DNA of 64,000 bases from a virus. Taxonomy: Duplodnaviria > Caudoviricetes. The notes beneath the pieces are model-generated. The model was not told the origin of the DNA and did no database searches. It was given only the letters and a program-made list of their open reading frames with translations. Below are positions 1 through 8,914 of this stretch, piece after piece (position 1 is the stretch's first letter; each line of letters begins with the position of its first letter). Made by a program: the position numbers and the translations under genes. Location: positions 9,990 through 73,989 of the IMG/VR virus record IMGVR_UViG_3300029305_011953; one strand, written 5' to 3'.

Positions 1-1
1 T

Positions 2-622
2 GTAGAGGATGGATTTGAACTTACAACGGGTGTTTTTTATAATTTCTGCAGGAAAGCTGAAGCTGAACCCGCAAGCAAATTCTTCTTTATTATCGATGAA
101 ATTAACAGAGGTAACCTTAGCAAAATTTTCGGGGAGCTTATGATGCTTATAGAAAGCGATAAGCGTGGTGCGAACAACAAGTTAAAACTTGCGTATAAAA
201 ACGAACTCTTTAGTGTTCCCGAAAATCTCTATATCATTGGTATGATGAATACAGCTGATAGAAGTTTGGCTATGATGGACTATGCATTGAGAAGAAGATT
301 CTCTTTCTTTGATGTTGTTCCTGCTTTTGGCAACGAATCGTTCAAGCAATATCTTTTGAAAAACATAGGTGTTTCCGTTGTCAATAAAGTTATTAGCCGT
401 TTTAAGGAACTCAATGACAAAATTGCAGATGAAAGCACTTCAAATCTTGGTAAAGGCTATTGTATAGGTCATAGTTATTTTTGTATCGAACCCGTGGATG
501 GTCAATCGGACGAAGAATGGTATAGTTCTATTATTGAATACGAAATTGCTCCCTTGCTTTATGAGTATTGGTGGGATGATAAGGATAAAGCCGATGAGTG
601 CATTAAGGCATTAAAGGCATAA
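2..622 (+). CDS. mcrB: McrB-family AAA+ GTPase of a methylation-dependent restriction system, 5' truncated by the window edge
   Basis: Frame is open from base 2 (VEDGFELTTGVFYNFC...FIIDEINRGNLSKIFGE). It carries Walker B IIDEINR and the McrB signature MNTADRS and ALRRRF, and lies directly upstream of mcrC. Confidence 0.9.
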   Translation, partial: VEDGFELTTGVFYNFCRKAEAEPASKFFFIIDEINRGNLSKIFGELMMLIESDKRGANNKLKLAYKNELFSVPENLYIIGMMNTADRSLAMMDYALRRRFSFFDVVPAFGNESFKQYLLKNIGVSVVNKVISRFKELNDKIADESTSNLGKGYCIGHSYFCIEPVDGQSDEEWYSSIIEYEIAPLLYEYWWDDKDKADECIKALKA

Positions 623-629
623 AAGGAAG

Positions 630-1715
630 ATGGTTATGAGCAACATAAAGACACCAATTCCCATAAAGAATTTGTTTTATATGCTTTGCTATGCTTGGGA
701 TATTCTTGCTATTAAGGATGATATACTTGTAGATTCCGATGATTTTGATGATGCGTATAATCTTTTGGCACGTGTTTTTTCGCACGGCATTGGTAAGATA
801 ATTCGGTCTGGTTTTCATCGTTCATACATATCAAAGGAAGAAGAATTATCAACAGTTAGAGGAAAAATCAATATTCAAGAAAGCATTAACAGGCTTTCTA
901 TGCATCGAAAACAGTTGATGTGTTCATATGATGAGTATTCTACTGATGATATTTTCAACAAAATCCTAAATTATACTATCGCAGCATTAATTAAGAATCC
1001 AAATGTAGATATTTCTATTAAACGACAATTGAAAAAACAAAAAATGTTCTTTGTTGGGATTGGCGAAACACCGCCCACAAAAGCAAATAGGAAAAAGATT
1101 AGTTTTAATAGAAATAATGTCATTTATAAAATGCTTATACGTGTTGCTATAATGATATATGACAATACCACCGTAAGCGAAGAGGACGGCAAGGAAATAT
1201 TCAAAGACTTCTTTAGAGAAGAGCAAATGCAAAAAGTATATGAAACTTTTTTGCTAAATTTTTATGCGATGCACCTTGATAAAAATATATACCGTGTACA
1301 TGCCCCTAAATTTACCTGGATAAAATCAGAGGTTGAGGATATTTGGGATGAATATGAGGATGCCGATAGTTATATGCCAGAATTACGAAGTGATATTGTA
1401 ATAGAAAACAAACAAAAAGACATACAGTTTATCATTGATGCTAAATATTATAAAGAGGCTCTGGTTAAATCCCACCATAGCAATGCGAAAAAATTTAGAA
1501 GAGACCACATCTCTCAAGTAATGACTTATATGATTAATAGCACTTATTCAGGGACAAAGCGTGGTGCTCTGTTATATCCTACCGTTTGTGACGTGCTTGA
1601 TGGCAAACAAAATATTGCAACTGGTATGGTGTTTTTCAAGAGTGTAAATCTTGATACAGCTTGGCGAAATATAGAGAGTCAGTTGCTTGCTTTTGCAAGA
1701 ATAGCTGATCAATAA
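630..1715 (+). CDS. mcrC: McrC-family restriction endonuclease subunit
   Basis: N-terminal IPIKNLFYMLCYAW typical of McrC, PD-(D/E)xK core (RSDIVIE...IIDAKYY), operonic with mcrB. Confidence 0.88.
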   Translation: MVMSNIKTPIPIKNLFYMLCYAWDILAIKDDILVDSDDFDDAYNLLARVFSHGIGKIIRSGFHRSYISKEEELSTVRGKINIQESINRLSMHRKQLMCSYDEYSTDDIFNKILNYTIAALIKNPNVDISIKRQLKKQKMFFVGIGETPPTKANRKKISFNRNNVIYKMLIRVAIMIYDNTTVSEEDGKEIFKDFFREEQMQKVYETFLLNFYAMHLDKNIYRVHAPKFTWIKSEVEDIWDEYEDADSYMPELRSDIVIENKQKDIQFIIDAKYYKEALVKSHHSNAKKFRRDHISQVMTYMINSTYSGTKRGALLYPTVCDVLDGKQNIATGMVFFKSVNLDTAWRNIESQLLAFARIADQ

Positions 1716-1736
1716 TTTAATTAAGGGGGATAAGTT

Positions 1737-3638
1737 ATGGCTAAAAAATACAAGGACTTAAAGGCATACTTGAACGATGCTTATTATGACTTGTTATGCT
1801 CTGCCATAGAAAATGAAATACTGCGAAAGCAAAAAGCCTATAATATATCCTCTTACCGTATTCCGTTCCCTAATTATGAAGACACCTACATCGACAACGT
1901 TGCTATTACAAGCCTATATACCGAGGTTAAGCCCGACGATTATGTGCGTATTATTTGTAATGTTTCCAGCGAAGTCACTTTTAAGGGCTTTGCAAATGGC
2001 AGACGGCGCAACGATGTAGATGAGGACTCCAAGATTGTTTGGTTGCGAATAATTTTGGGTTGCAGATTTAACGAGGAATTTGAAGCACTCAAGGTTGTAA
2101 GCATAAAGCCTTTAGACGAAAAGGAAAAATTCGTGCTTAATCAATCGTCAACACCCACATTTATTCCCTATATGGAAGGGGACTCTCTCGACCAATATGC
2201 CACGGAATTCTTAAAAAAATATTGTCACGAAGCTCTTACCACTCCTATGCCTTTGCCAATAAAAAAGGTTATCAGGGCAATGGGGTTAAGGGTGATAGCA
2301 GGAACTCCAAAGGACGGCTCTTTCGGACGTTGTTATTTCGTTGATAAAAAAGCAAAAGACAAAGCTGGCAATGAAAAAATCATCCGCAAAGGCACAATAA
2401 TGTACAACCCTGAAGCTGTTTTCTTTAACGGTATTGGGTGCGCCAATAATACGATAATTCACGAATGCGTGCATTGGGAATATCATCGTAAGTTCTTTGC
2501 GTTGATGAAATTGCTCGACCCGTCCATATCAGCTATTCACTGTAAGATGATAGAGGATACAAGAGCCAATCGCGAAAATAGCGATGACTACCATTGGATG
2601 GAGTGGCAAGCAAACGCTTTAACACCTAGAATTTTGATGCCCGCCGATATGGTGAAACTCAAATACGAGGAAATCAAGGGTGAGATTATAGCTAGCGGAG
2701 TTAAGCACCTTCCCGAAGTATACAAGCAAACCATAAGCAGATTGGCGGACTTCTTCCAGGTAACCGTTACCTCCATAAAAATAAGGTTGTTAGAGCTTGG
2801 TTTTAACTATCTAAAAGGTATTTACGATTACGCTGGGCAAACCCCAACAAAGCCGTATTTATACAACCCCAAGAAAATCCAGGCAAACCAAACCTTTGCC
2901 GCTGGGTTGAGTGATGTAATAACAAGTGCCAACGATAACAATGACTTAAAAAATTGCTTGGCATTGAGAACCATCGTTTACGCAGGCGGTTTCTTTGTTA
3001 TTAACAACAAAAAATATACATACAAAGACCCTCTTACGGGTAGACAAGAGCTTACCGACTATGCTTTAGAGCATATGGACGAGTGCTGTCTTGTTTTTGA
3101 TTGTGAGCCGAAGAAAAAGGTGACTTTCGATGACAGATATTATTCGATGTGTTTCCTCTGCCGTGGGCAGCTGGGGAAAACCCCGTATGCAAAGACCGTA
3201 AAAAATAATGACCTCAACAATGGCATTATGCGCCGTTCTATTGAGTTGTGCGATGCTCTCGCAGAAAATGAAGAGGCTTTAGCTCTCGTTGCTCAATTTG
3301 AAGACGGCTTTGCCCACAACCTCGGTTTGCTTATGGAACGCTATGGTGTTAGTAATCGTGAATTGAAACGGACAAGCACCATTGATGACCATAAAATTGC
3401 TTCTTTCGTTGATGGCTCAAAAGAACCAAGCAGGACGGAGGTCTTGGCTATCATTGCTGCTTTGCAATTATACCCCGTTGTAGCGGAGGCTTTGTTTACG
3501 AAAGCAGGGTTCACTTTCAGAGCAACCAAACAAGATCAGGCATACAAATTCCTTATGAACCATTACTACGAAGAAGGGCTTGAAGTGTGGAATCAGAGTT
3601 TGCGAGACGAAGGGATGGTGGATTGGCAGCTCCCGTAA
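1737..3638 (+). CDS. ImmA/IrrE-family metallopeptidase fused to a C-terminal XRE-like HTH region, with an unknown N-terminal domain
   Basis: HExxH (IIHECVHW) followed by MEWQANALTPRILMP and LADFFQVTVTSIKIRL. The C-terminus (LGLLMERYGVSNRELKRTSTIDDHKIASF...EPSRTEVLAIIAAL) is HTH-like. RBS AAGGGGGA upstream. Confidence 0.8.
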   Translation: MAKKYKDLKAYLNDAYYDLLCSAIENEILRKQKAYNISSYRIPFPNYEDTYIDNVAITSLYTEVKPDDYVRIICNVSSEVTFKGFANGRRRNDVDEDSKIVWLRIILGCRFNEEFEALKVVSIKPLDEKEKFVLNQSSTPTFIPYMEGDSLDQYATEFLKKYCHEALTTPMPLPIKKVIRAMGLRVIAGTPKDGSFGRCYFVDKKAKDKAGNEKIIRKGTIMYNPEAVFFNGIGCANNTIIHECVHWEYHRKFFALMKLLDPSISAIHCKMIEDTRANRENSDDYHWMEWQANALTPRILMPADMVKLKYEEIKGEIIASGVKHLPEVYKQTISRLADFFQVTVTSIKIRLLELGFNYLKGIYDYAGQTPTKPYLYNPKKIQANQTFAAGLSDVITSANDNNDLKNCLALRTIVYAGGFFVINNKKYTYKDPLTGRQELTDYALEHMDECCLVFDCEPKKKVTFDDRYYSMCFLCRGQLGKTPYAKTVKNNDLNNGIMRRSIELCDALAENEEALALVAQFEDGFAHNLGLLMERYGVSNRELKRTSTIDDHKIASFVDGSKEPSRTEVLAIIAALQLYPVVAEALFTKAGFTFRATKQDQAYKFLMNHYYEEGLEVWNQSLRDEGMVDWQLP

Positions 3639-3692
3639 AAAAAAGTTGTGCGGAAATTTTTACGCATTTTTCAATTAAATAATTAACGAAAC

Positions 3693-3745
3693 AAGACTCT
3701 ATGTACTACTTAGAACGCTAAGTAAGTGCAAAGGGTCTTTTTTTA
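3693..3745 (+). terminator. Probable intrinsic terminator after the ImmA-like gene
   Basis: AAGACTCT...AGGGTCTT stem with inner CTTAG/CTAAG pairing, followed by a T run. Confidence 0.6.
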
Positions 3746-3800
3746 TGCCTTTTTGCAGAAAAAACGGTGCGTATTTTTTTACGCAGTCAAAAATTTCATT

Positions 3801-3855
3801 TTGTTATAATAAAGATGCAGTAAGGAATTGACAAATGCGAAATCTCTCATAAAAT
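3801..3855 (+). promoter_or_regulatory. Tandem sigma-A-type promoters for the early operon
   Basis: Extended -10 TGTTATAAT at 3802-3810, and TTGACA (3828-3833)-16 bp-TAAAAT (3850-3855). Confidence 0.55.
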
Positions 3856-4009
3856 ATAATTCCCTTTGAAAGGGAAGAAGTCGAATAATATATCTCGTCT
3901 CGATATGCATTAAGAGGCAAGCGGATATGACATAGCTCCATACCTCGGACAAGGGGTTAGAGGGTTATGTGTGTACCCTTGTTTTTTCACGCCATTTCGA
4001 GGCTGTCTG

Positions 4010-4045
4010 GGCTTGGGTACTCAACTGGGTGTCCAAGCCTTTTTT
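4010..4045 (+). terminator. Intrinsic terminator in the leader of the early operon
   Basis: GGCTTGGGTAC-loop-GTGTCCAAGCC stem followed by TTTTTT. Confidence 0.7.
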
Positions 4046-4094
4046 ATTTCCGCTTTCCGATTATTGCACTTCTTCGACGGGGAAGGAGTCAATT

Positions 4095-4502
4095 ATGAAA
4101 ATTAAATACAGATTTGCAAATGGCGAAGTCAGCGAAGTTGAAGTTGACGATGAACTCGGTGCTGTTATTACGGCATCCAGAAGGGAAGAGGAAAACTACG
4201 AACGCAAAATGCGATATCATTGCCCGTACTCGATAGACAAGCTCGTCTACGAAGGGGAAGATTACGCAGACAAAGAAACACCCTCGCCCGACACGCACGT
4301 GGAAAATAAGGAAGAAGGACAGGGTGTACAAGCCTTTCTGGAAACCTTAACGGAAGTGCAAAGACGTCGAGTACATATGCGAATGGATGGAATGACCATC
4401 ACCGAAATTGCAGAGGCAGAGGGGACAAGTTATATGTCCGTAAAAGAAACCTTTACGCAATTAAAAAAGAAATTTTCAAAATTTTTCAAAAAACACCCTT
4501 AA
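4095..4502 (+). CDS. Sigma-70 region-4-like HTH DNA-binding protein (phage sigma-like factor)
   Basis: RBS GGAAGGAG then ATG 4095. C-terminal FLETLTEVQRRRVHMRMDGMTITEIAEAEGTSYMSVKETFTQLKKK has a region-4 HTH pattern. Confidence 0.75.
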   Translation: MKIKYRFANGEVSEVEVDDELGAVITASRREEENYERKMRYHCPYSIDKLVYEGEDYADKETPSPDTHVENKEEGQGVQAFLETLTEVQRRRVHMRMDGMTITEIAEAEGTSYMSVKETFTQLKKKFSKFFKKHP

Positions 4503-4566
4503 AAACCCCCTTCCTTTTCTCCGTACATTGAAAGGCAACTGAAATGCCCGACAAAGGAGGTACGGA

Positions 4567-4773
4567 ATGGAACACAATCTCAAAATAAGTGTTTCAAAGG
4601 AACCAGAGCAAGACGGATTGGTTTCCTGCAAGACGATGTCCCTCAAAGAACGATTGTTCACAAAGCTGTTCGGCAAAAAGCGGAAGGTCGTGATCATTGT
4701 TCCTGGGGACTCGATACAGGAAATCAGTATCTGCGAAAAGGCAAGTGAAGGAGGTGATAGGGATGCCACCTAA
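4567..4773 (+). CDS. Small conserved phage hypothetical protein
   Basis: RBS AAGGAGG, first gene of the replication operon, overlaps the next start. Confidence 0.7.
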   Translation: MEHNLKISVSKEPEQDGLVSCKTMSLKERLFTKLFGKKRKVVIIVPGDSIQEISICEKASEGGDRDAT

Positions 4774-5902
4774 CAACCACGCTGTGCTTTCGGCATCATC
4801 TTCCCACCGTTGGTTGAACTGTAACCCTTCGGCTCGGCTTGAGTTAGAGTTCGAGGATAGGACAACGTCGGCGGCATCGGAAGGAACGGCAGCCCACGCT
4901 CTTTGCGAACACAAATTGAAACGGCGATTGAAACTGCGAAGTGAACGACCCGTTTCCGTTTGGGACAGCGATGAGATGGAGGCTTGCACGGACGATTATG
5001 CGGACTTCGTTATGGAAAACGTGGTGCGAGAACGAAGAAGAGACAAGGACACGCAAGTGTTAATCGAACAGAAACTTGACTTCTCGTGTTTCGTGCCGGA
5101 CGGGTTTGGAACGGGTGACTGCATTATCGTAAGCAAAGGTCGACTGCACATCATCGACTTCAAATACGGTCAAGGGGTTCTCGTCGAAGCGGAGGATAAT
5201 CCGCAGATGAAACTCTACGCACTCGGCGCACTTGGACTTTTTGAAGAGAAGTATCAAATCAAAAAGGTCAAGATGACCATCTTCCAACCCAGGCGGGAAA
5301 ACGTCAGTACGTGGGAGATTACGGTCAACCGCTTGAAGAAGTGGGCGGAAAAAGAACTTAAACCGAAGGCAGAAAAAGCCTTCAAAGGCGAAGGTCAATA
5401 CTGTCCAGGCGAGTGGTGCTTATTCTGCAAAGCAGCAATCAAATGCAGAGCGAGGGCGGAAGACAAGTTGAAGTTGGCACAAAGCGAGTTCAAACTCCCA
5501 CCGCTTTTGACCGATGCTGAAATTGAGGATGTGCTGATTAAACTGCCCGACATCAAAAAGTGGGCGGAAGAAATCCAAGCATATGCACTCGCACAGGCAC
5601 TCGGCGGAAAAGAGTGGGCGGGGTTCAAACTGGTGGAAGGTAGGTCGAACCGAAAGTACGCAAATGAACAGGAAGTAGCAAAGGCAGCAGAAAGGGCAGG
5701 ATACCACGACATCTACACGAAGTCCCTAATTAGCATCGGCGAAATGGAAAGGCTGATGGGTAAGAAGGAGTTCAATGAAATTCTCGGTGGACTGGTAGTC
5801 AAACCCCAAGGTAAACCCACGCTTGTTCCCGATACAGACAAGCGACCGGCACTCATTGTATCGAACGCAAAAAATGACTTTAACGAATTTATAGGAGATT
5901 AA
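4763..5902 (+). CDS. DUF2800-type PD-(D/E)xK (Cas4-like) phage exonuclease
   Basis: HAVLSASSSHRWLNC, EGTAAH, GFGTGDCII, HIIDFKYGQG, PGEWCLFCKA. RBS GGAGGTG before ATG 4763. Confidence 0.85.
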   Translation: MPPNNHAVLSASSSHRWLNCNPSARLELEFEDRTTSAASEGTAAHALCEHKLKRRLKLRSERPVSVWDSDEMEACTDDYADFVMENVVRERRRDKDTQVLIEQKLDFSCFVPDGFGTGDCIIVSKGRLHIIDFKYGQGVLVEAEDNPQMKLYALGALGLFEEKYQIKKVKMTIFQPRRENVSTWEITVNRLKKWAEKELKPKAEKAFKGEGQYCPGEWCLFCKAAIKCRARAEDKLKLAQSEFKLPPLLTDAEIEDVLIKLPDIKKWAEEIQAYALAQALGGKEWAGFKLVEGRSNRKYANEQEVAKAAERAGYHDIYTKSLISIGEMERLMGKKEFNEILGGLVVKPQGKPTLVPDTDKRPALIVSNAKNDFNEFIGD

Positions 5903-5907
5903 AAATT

Positions 5908-6456
5908 ATGGCAAATAGTAAGACAAAAGTGGTAACTGGTGTAGTAAGACTTTCTTATGCGAACGTATGGGAACCTAAAGCGGTAACCGAAGGCGCAAAG
6001 GAAAAATATAGCGTTTCTATCATTATCCCCAAATCGGATAAAGAAACGCTTGCAAAAATCAACGCAGCCATTGATGCGGCGATTGAAGAAGGTATCGGCA
6101 AGTTCGGCGGTAAGAAACCGAATAAAGCGGCGATTAAAATTCCTCTCCGCGACGGCGATATTGAAAGAGAAGACGACGAAGCGTATGCAAATTCGTACTT
6201 CATCAACGCAAACAGCACGACCGCACCCCAAATTGTTGACCTTAAGGTTCAGCCTATTTTGGAACGTAGCGAAGTGTATAGCGGCGTATATGCGAGGGTT
6301 TCCATTAACTTCTACGCATTCAATACGAACGGCAATAAGGGCGTAGCTTGCGGACTTGGCAACATCCAAAAGGTAAGAGACGGCGAACCTCTCGGTGGCA
6401 AGACCAACGCTGCGGACGAGTTCGAGGCAACGAGCGAAGACGATTTGCTTGGCTGA
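5908..6456 (+). CDS. DUF2815 phage single-stranded DNA-binding protein (T7 gp2.5-like)
   Basis: VRLSYANVWEP, EVYSGVYARVS, GNKGVACGLGNIQKVRDGEPLGG, acidic C-terminal tail. Confidence 0.88.
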   Translation: MANSKTKVVTGVVRLSYANVWEPKAVTEGAKEKYSVSIIIPKSDKETLAKINAAIDAAIEEGIGKFGGKKPNKAAIKIPLRDGDIEREDDEAYANSYFINANSTTAPQIVDLKVQPILERSEVYSGVYARVSINFYAFNTNGNKGVACGLGNIQKVRDGEPLGGKTNAADEFEATSEDDLLG

Positions 6457-6467
6457 TGAAATACACA

Positions 6468-6502
6468 CGGCAAGGGGTGGTAGCAATACCGCCCTCTTGC
6501 TG
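6468..6502 (+). other. Intergenic GC-rich RNA hairpin without U-tract (stability/processing element)
   Basis: CGGCAAGGGG-TGGTA-GCAA-TACC-GCCC-TCTTGCTG between ssb and the polymerase gene. Confidence 0.45.
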
Positions 6503-6516
6503 AAAGGATGGAAGGT

Positions 6517-8466
6517 ATGAAAACATTATCGATTGATATAGAAACTTATTCTTCCGTTGACCTGACAAAGGCTGGTGTTTACCGATACGCGGAGAGCGAT
6601 GATTTTGAAATCTTGCTCTTTGCGTATTCGGTGGACTACGGCGAAGTGGAAGTTGTCGACATTGCAATGGGCGAGAGGATTCCACTTGAAATAATCAATG
6701 CGTTGACGGATGAAAAAATTAAAAAATATGCGTTCAACGCACAGTTTGAGCGTGTTTGTATTTCACGGTTCTTGGGCTATCCAGTAGGGCAGTATTTGAA
6801 CCCCGATTCTTGGTATTGCACGATGGTTTGGGCGGCAACATTAGGATTGCCATTATCGCTTGAAAAGGTCGGCGAAGTTCTCGGTATTGAAAAGCAGAAG
6901 TTGACCGTTGGCAAGGAGCTGATTCGATATTTCTGCAAGCCTTGTGAACCGACTGCGACAAATCATTTCCGAACGAGAAACTTGCCTACGCACGCACTTG
7001 ATAAGTGGGAAACCTTCAAAGCGTATAACAAGCGTGACGTTGAGGCAGAAATGAATATTCAGCAACGAATGGTGGCGTTCCCCGTCTTGGAAAGTGAATG
7101 GGAAAATTACCATCTCGACCAACGCATCAACGATTATGGCATCGCTTTGGATATGGACTTCGTTGACCATGCGATTTTATGCGACGAAGTAAACACGGGC
7201 AAGGCGGAAGAGAAAGCAAAGGTGTTGACGGGAATTGATAACCCTAACTCGCCAGCGCAACTCAAAGCGTGGCTCGTAGAACAGGGGCAAGTGGTGGAAT
7301 CGTTGTCAAAGGCGGAAGTTGCTCGATTGTTGCAGGATGCGACGGGAAACGTGGAAGAAATCCTTCGACTTCGGCAGGAACTTGCAAAGTCAAGCGTTAA
7401 AAAATATATCGCAATGCGAAACGTGGCAGGAAAGGATAAACGCGCAAGGGGATTGATTCAATTCTACGGTGCAAACCGAACGGGACGGTATTCTGGACGG
7501 CTTATTCAAGTGCAAAATCTTCCACAAAACCATCTTGAAGATCTCACGGGAGCAAGGGAACTTGTAAGGAATGACAATTACCAAGGCATTGAAACCAAGC
7601 ATGGGAATATCTCGTCCGTTTTATCGGAACTTATCCGAACGGCTTTTATTCCCAAGGATGGAAGTCGATTTATCGTAGCGGACTTTTCCGCAATCGAGGC
7701 TCGTGTCATTGCTTGGTATGCAGGGGAGCAATGGAGATTGGATGTCTTTGAAAAGGGCGGCGATATTTACTGTGCTTCCGCAAGTCAAATGTTCAAAGTC
7801 CCCGTTGAAAAGAACGGTGTCAATGGTCATCTTCGGCAGAAAGGTAAGATTGCTGAACTTGCCCTTGGATATGGTGGTTCGGTTGGCGCTTTGAAAGCGA
7901 TGGGTGCGACCGCAATGGGAATACGTGAGGAAGAATTAAAACCGCTTGTGGATGCTTGGCGCAATTCTAACCCCGCTATAACCAAGTTCTGGTGGACGGT
8001 GGATAAGGCGGTCAAGTATGTCGTTTCTACCAAGCAACAGTATTCCTGCTACGGTGTTACATTTTCCTACGCAAAAGGGATTTTATTTGTGAAATTGCCG
8101 TCGGGCAGAAGTCTTGCGTATGTAAGACCGAGAATGGGTGTGAACAATTTCGGGAGCGAGTGCGTGACCTATGAAGGACTCGGCTCGTCGAAGAAATGGG
8201 AGCGTATTGAAAGCTACGGCCCCAAGTTCGTGGAAAACATCGTTCAGGCAACGGCAAGGGATATTTTAGCGGAATCAATGCAACGGCTGCATAACGCAGG
8301 GTTTGCAATTACAATGCACGTCCACGACGAAGTGGTGCTTGAAGTACCGAATGGTGTATCGAGCGTGGAACAGGTGTGCAGGATTATGGGGAAGGCCCCC
8401 CAATGGGCGGAAGGATTAAATCTTCGCGCCGACGGCTATGAATGCCAATTTTATAAAAAGGAGTGA
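6517..8466 (+). CDS. Phage family-A DNA polymerase
   Basis: Exonuclease motif IDIETYS, AFNAQFER, motif A ADFSAIEARV, motif B RQKGKIAELALGYG, motif C MHVHDEVV. Confidence 0.93.
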   Translation: MKTLSIDIETYSSVDLTKAGVYRYAESDDFEILLFAYSVDYGEVEVVDIAMGERIPLEIINALTDEKIKKYAFNAQFERVCISRFLGYPVGQYLNPDSWYCTMVWAATLGLPLSLEKVGEVLGIEKQKLTVGKELIRYFCKPCEPTATNHFRTRNLPTHALDKWETFKAYNKRDVEAEMNIQQRMVAFPVLESEWENYHLDQRINDYGIALDMDFVDHAILCDEVNTGKAEEKAKVLTGIDNPNSPAQLKAWLVEQGQVVESLSKAEVARLLQDATGNVEEILRLRQELAKSSVKKYIAMRNVAGKDKRARGLIQFYGANRTGRYSGRLIQVQNLPQNHLEDLTGARELVRNDNYQGIETKHGNISSVLSELIRTAFIPKDGSRFIVADFSAIEARVIAWYAGEQWRLDVFEKGGDIYCASASQMFKVPVEKNGVNGHLRQKGKIAELALGYGGSVGALKAMGATAMGIREEELKPLVDAWRNSNPAITKFWWTVDKAVKYVVSTKQQYSCYGVTFSYAKGILFVKLPSGRSLAYVRPRMGVNNFGSECVTYEGLGSSKKWERIESYGPKFVENIVQATARDILAESMQRLHNAGFAITMHVHDEVVLEVPNGVSSVEQVCRIMGKAPQWAEGLNLRADGYECQFYKKE

Positions 8467-8473
8467 GAGAGGA

Positions 8474-8914
8474 ATGAAAAATCCAAGTTTTTATAACAGC
8501 GAAGGCTATCCCGATCCCACTCACTATGCTGTGGAAATGAAGATGGCAAAGGAAGAACGGGAACGGAAAAGGATGTTGCACCAATTTCGACCTATCGTAT
8601 ACATCTGTTCCCCGTTTAGTGGTGACGTGAAGGAAAACAAGAAAAAGGCGAGAACGTATTCACGTTTTGCGGTCAAGAAAGGGTATCTGCCGATAACACC
8701 GCATTTACTCTTTCCACAGTTCTTGGACGATGAGAACCCAGACGAGCGAGAAATAGGTCTGCACATGGGTTTGGTATTGATGACCAAATGTGTGGAAGTT
8801 TGGGTGTTCGGCGAGAAAAGGTCGGAAGGGATGAAAAGGGAAATCCAAAAAGCAAAATGGCGCGGAAAGGTAGTCCGCTATTTTACAAGTGATATGGAGG
8901 AAATAAAACGATGA
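8474..8914 (+). CDS. DUF4406-like phage protein (nucleoside deoxyribosyltransferase-like fold)
   Basis: NSEGYPDPT N-terminus, VYICSPFSGD, PITPHLLFPQFL, SEGMKREI. Confidence 0.7.
   Translation: MKNPSFYNSEGYPDPTHYAVEMKMAKEERERKRMLHQFRPIVYICSPFSGDVKENKKKARTYSRFAVKKGYLPITPHLLFPQFLDDENPDEREIGLHMGLVLMTKCVEVWVFGEKRSEGMKREIQKAKWRGKVVRYFTSDMEEIKR

Noticed and set aside
3969-4094. Longer N-terminus for the sigma-like ORF given by the ORF track
   Set aside because: It runs through the terminator hairpins and lacks an RBS; ATG 4095 has GGAAGGAG.
4763-5902. Cas4-like nuclease as evidence of a CRISPR-Cas system
   Set aside because: It sits in the standard DUF2800-ssb-PolA phage replication module; I found no cas1/cas2 and no repeat-spacer array in the window.
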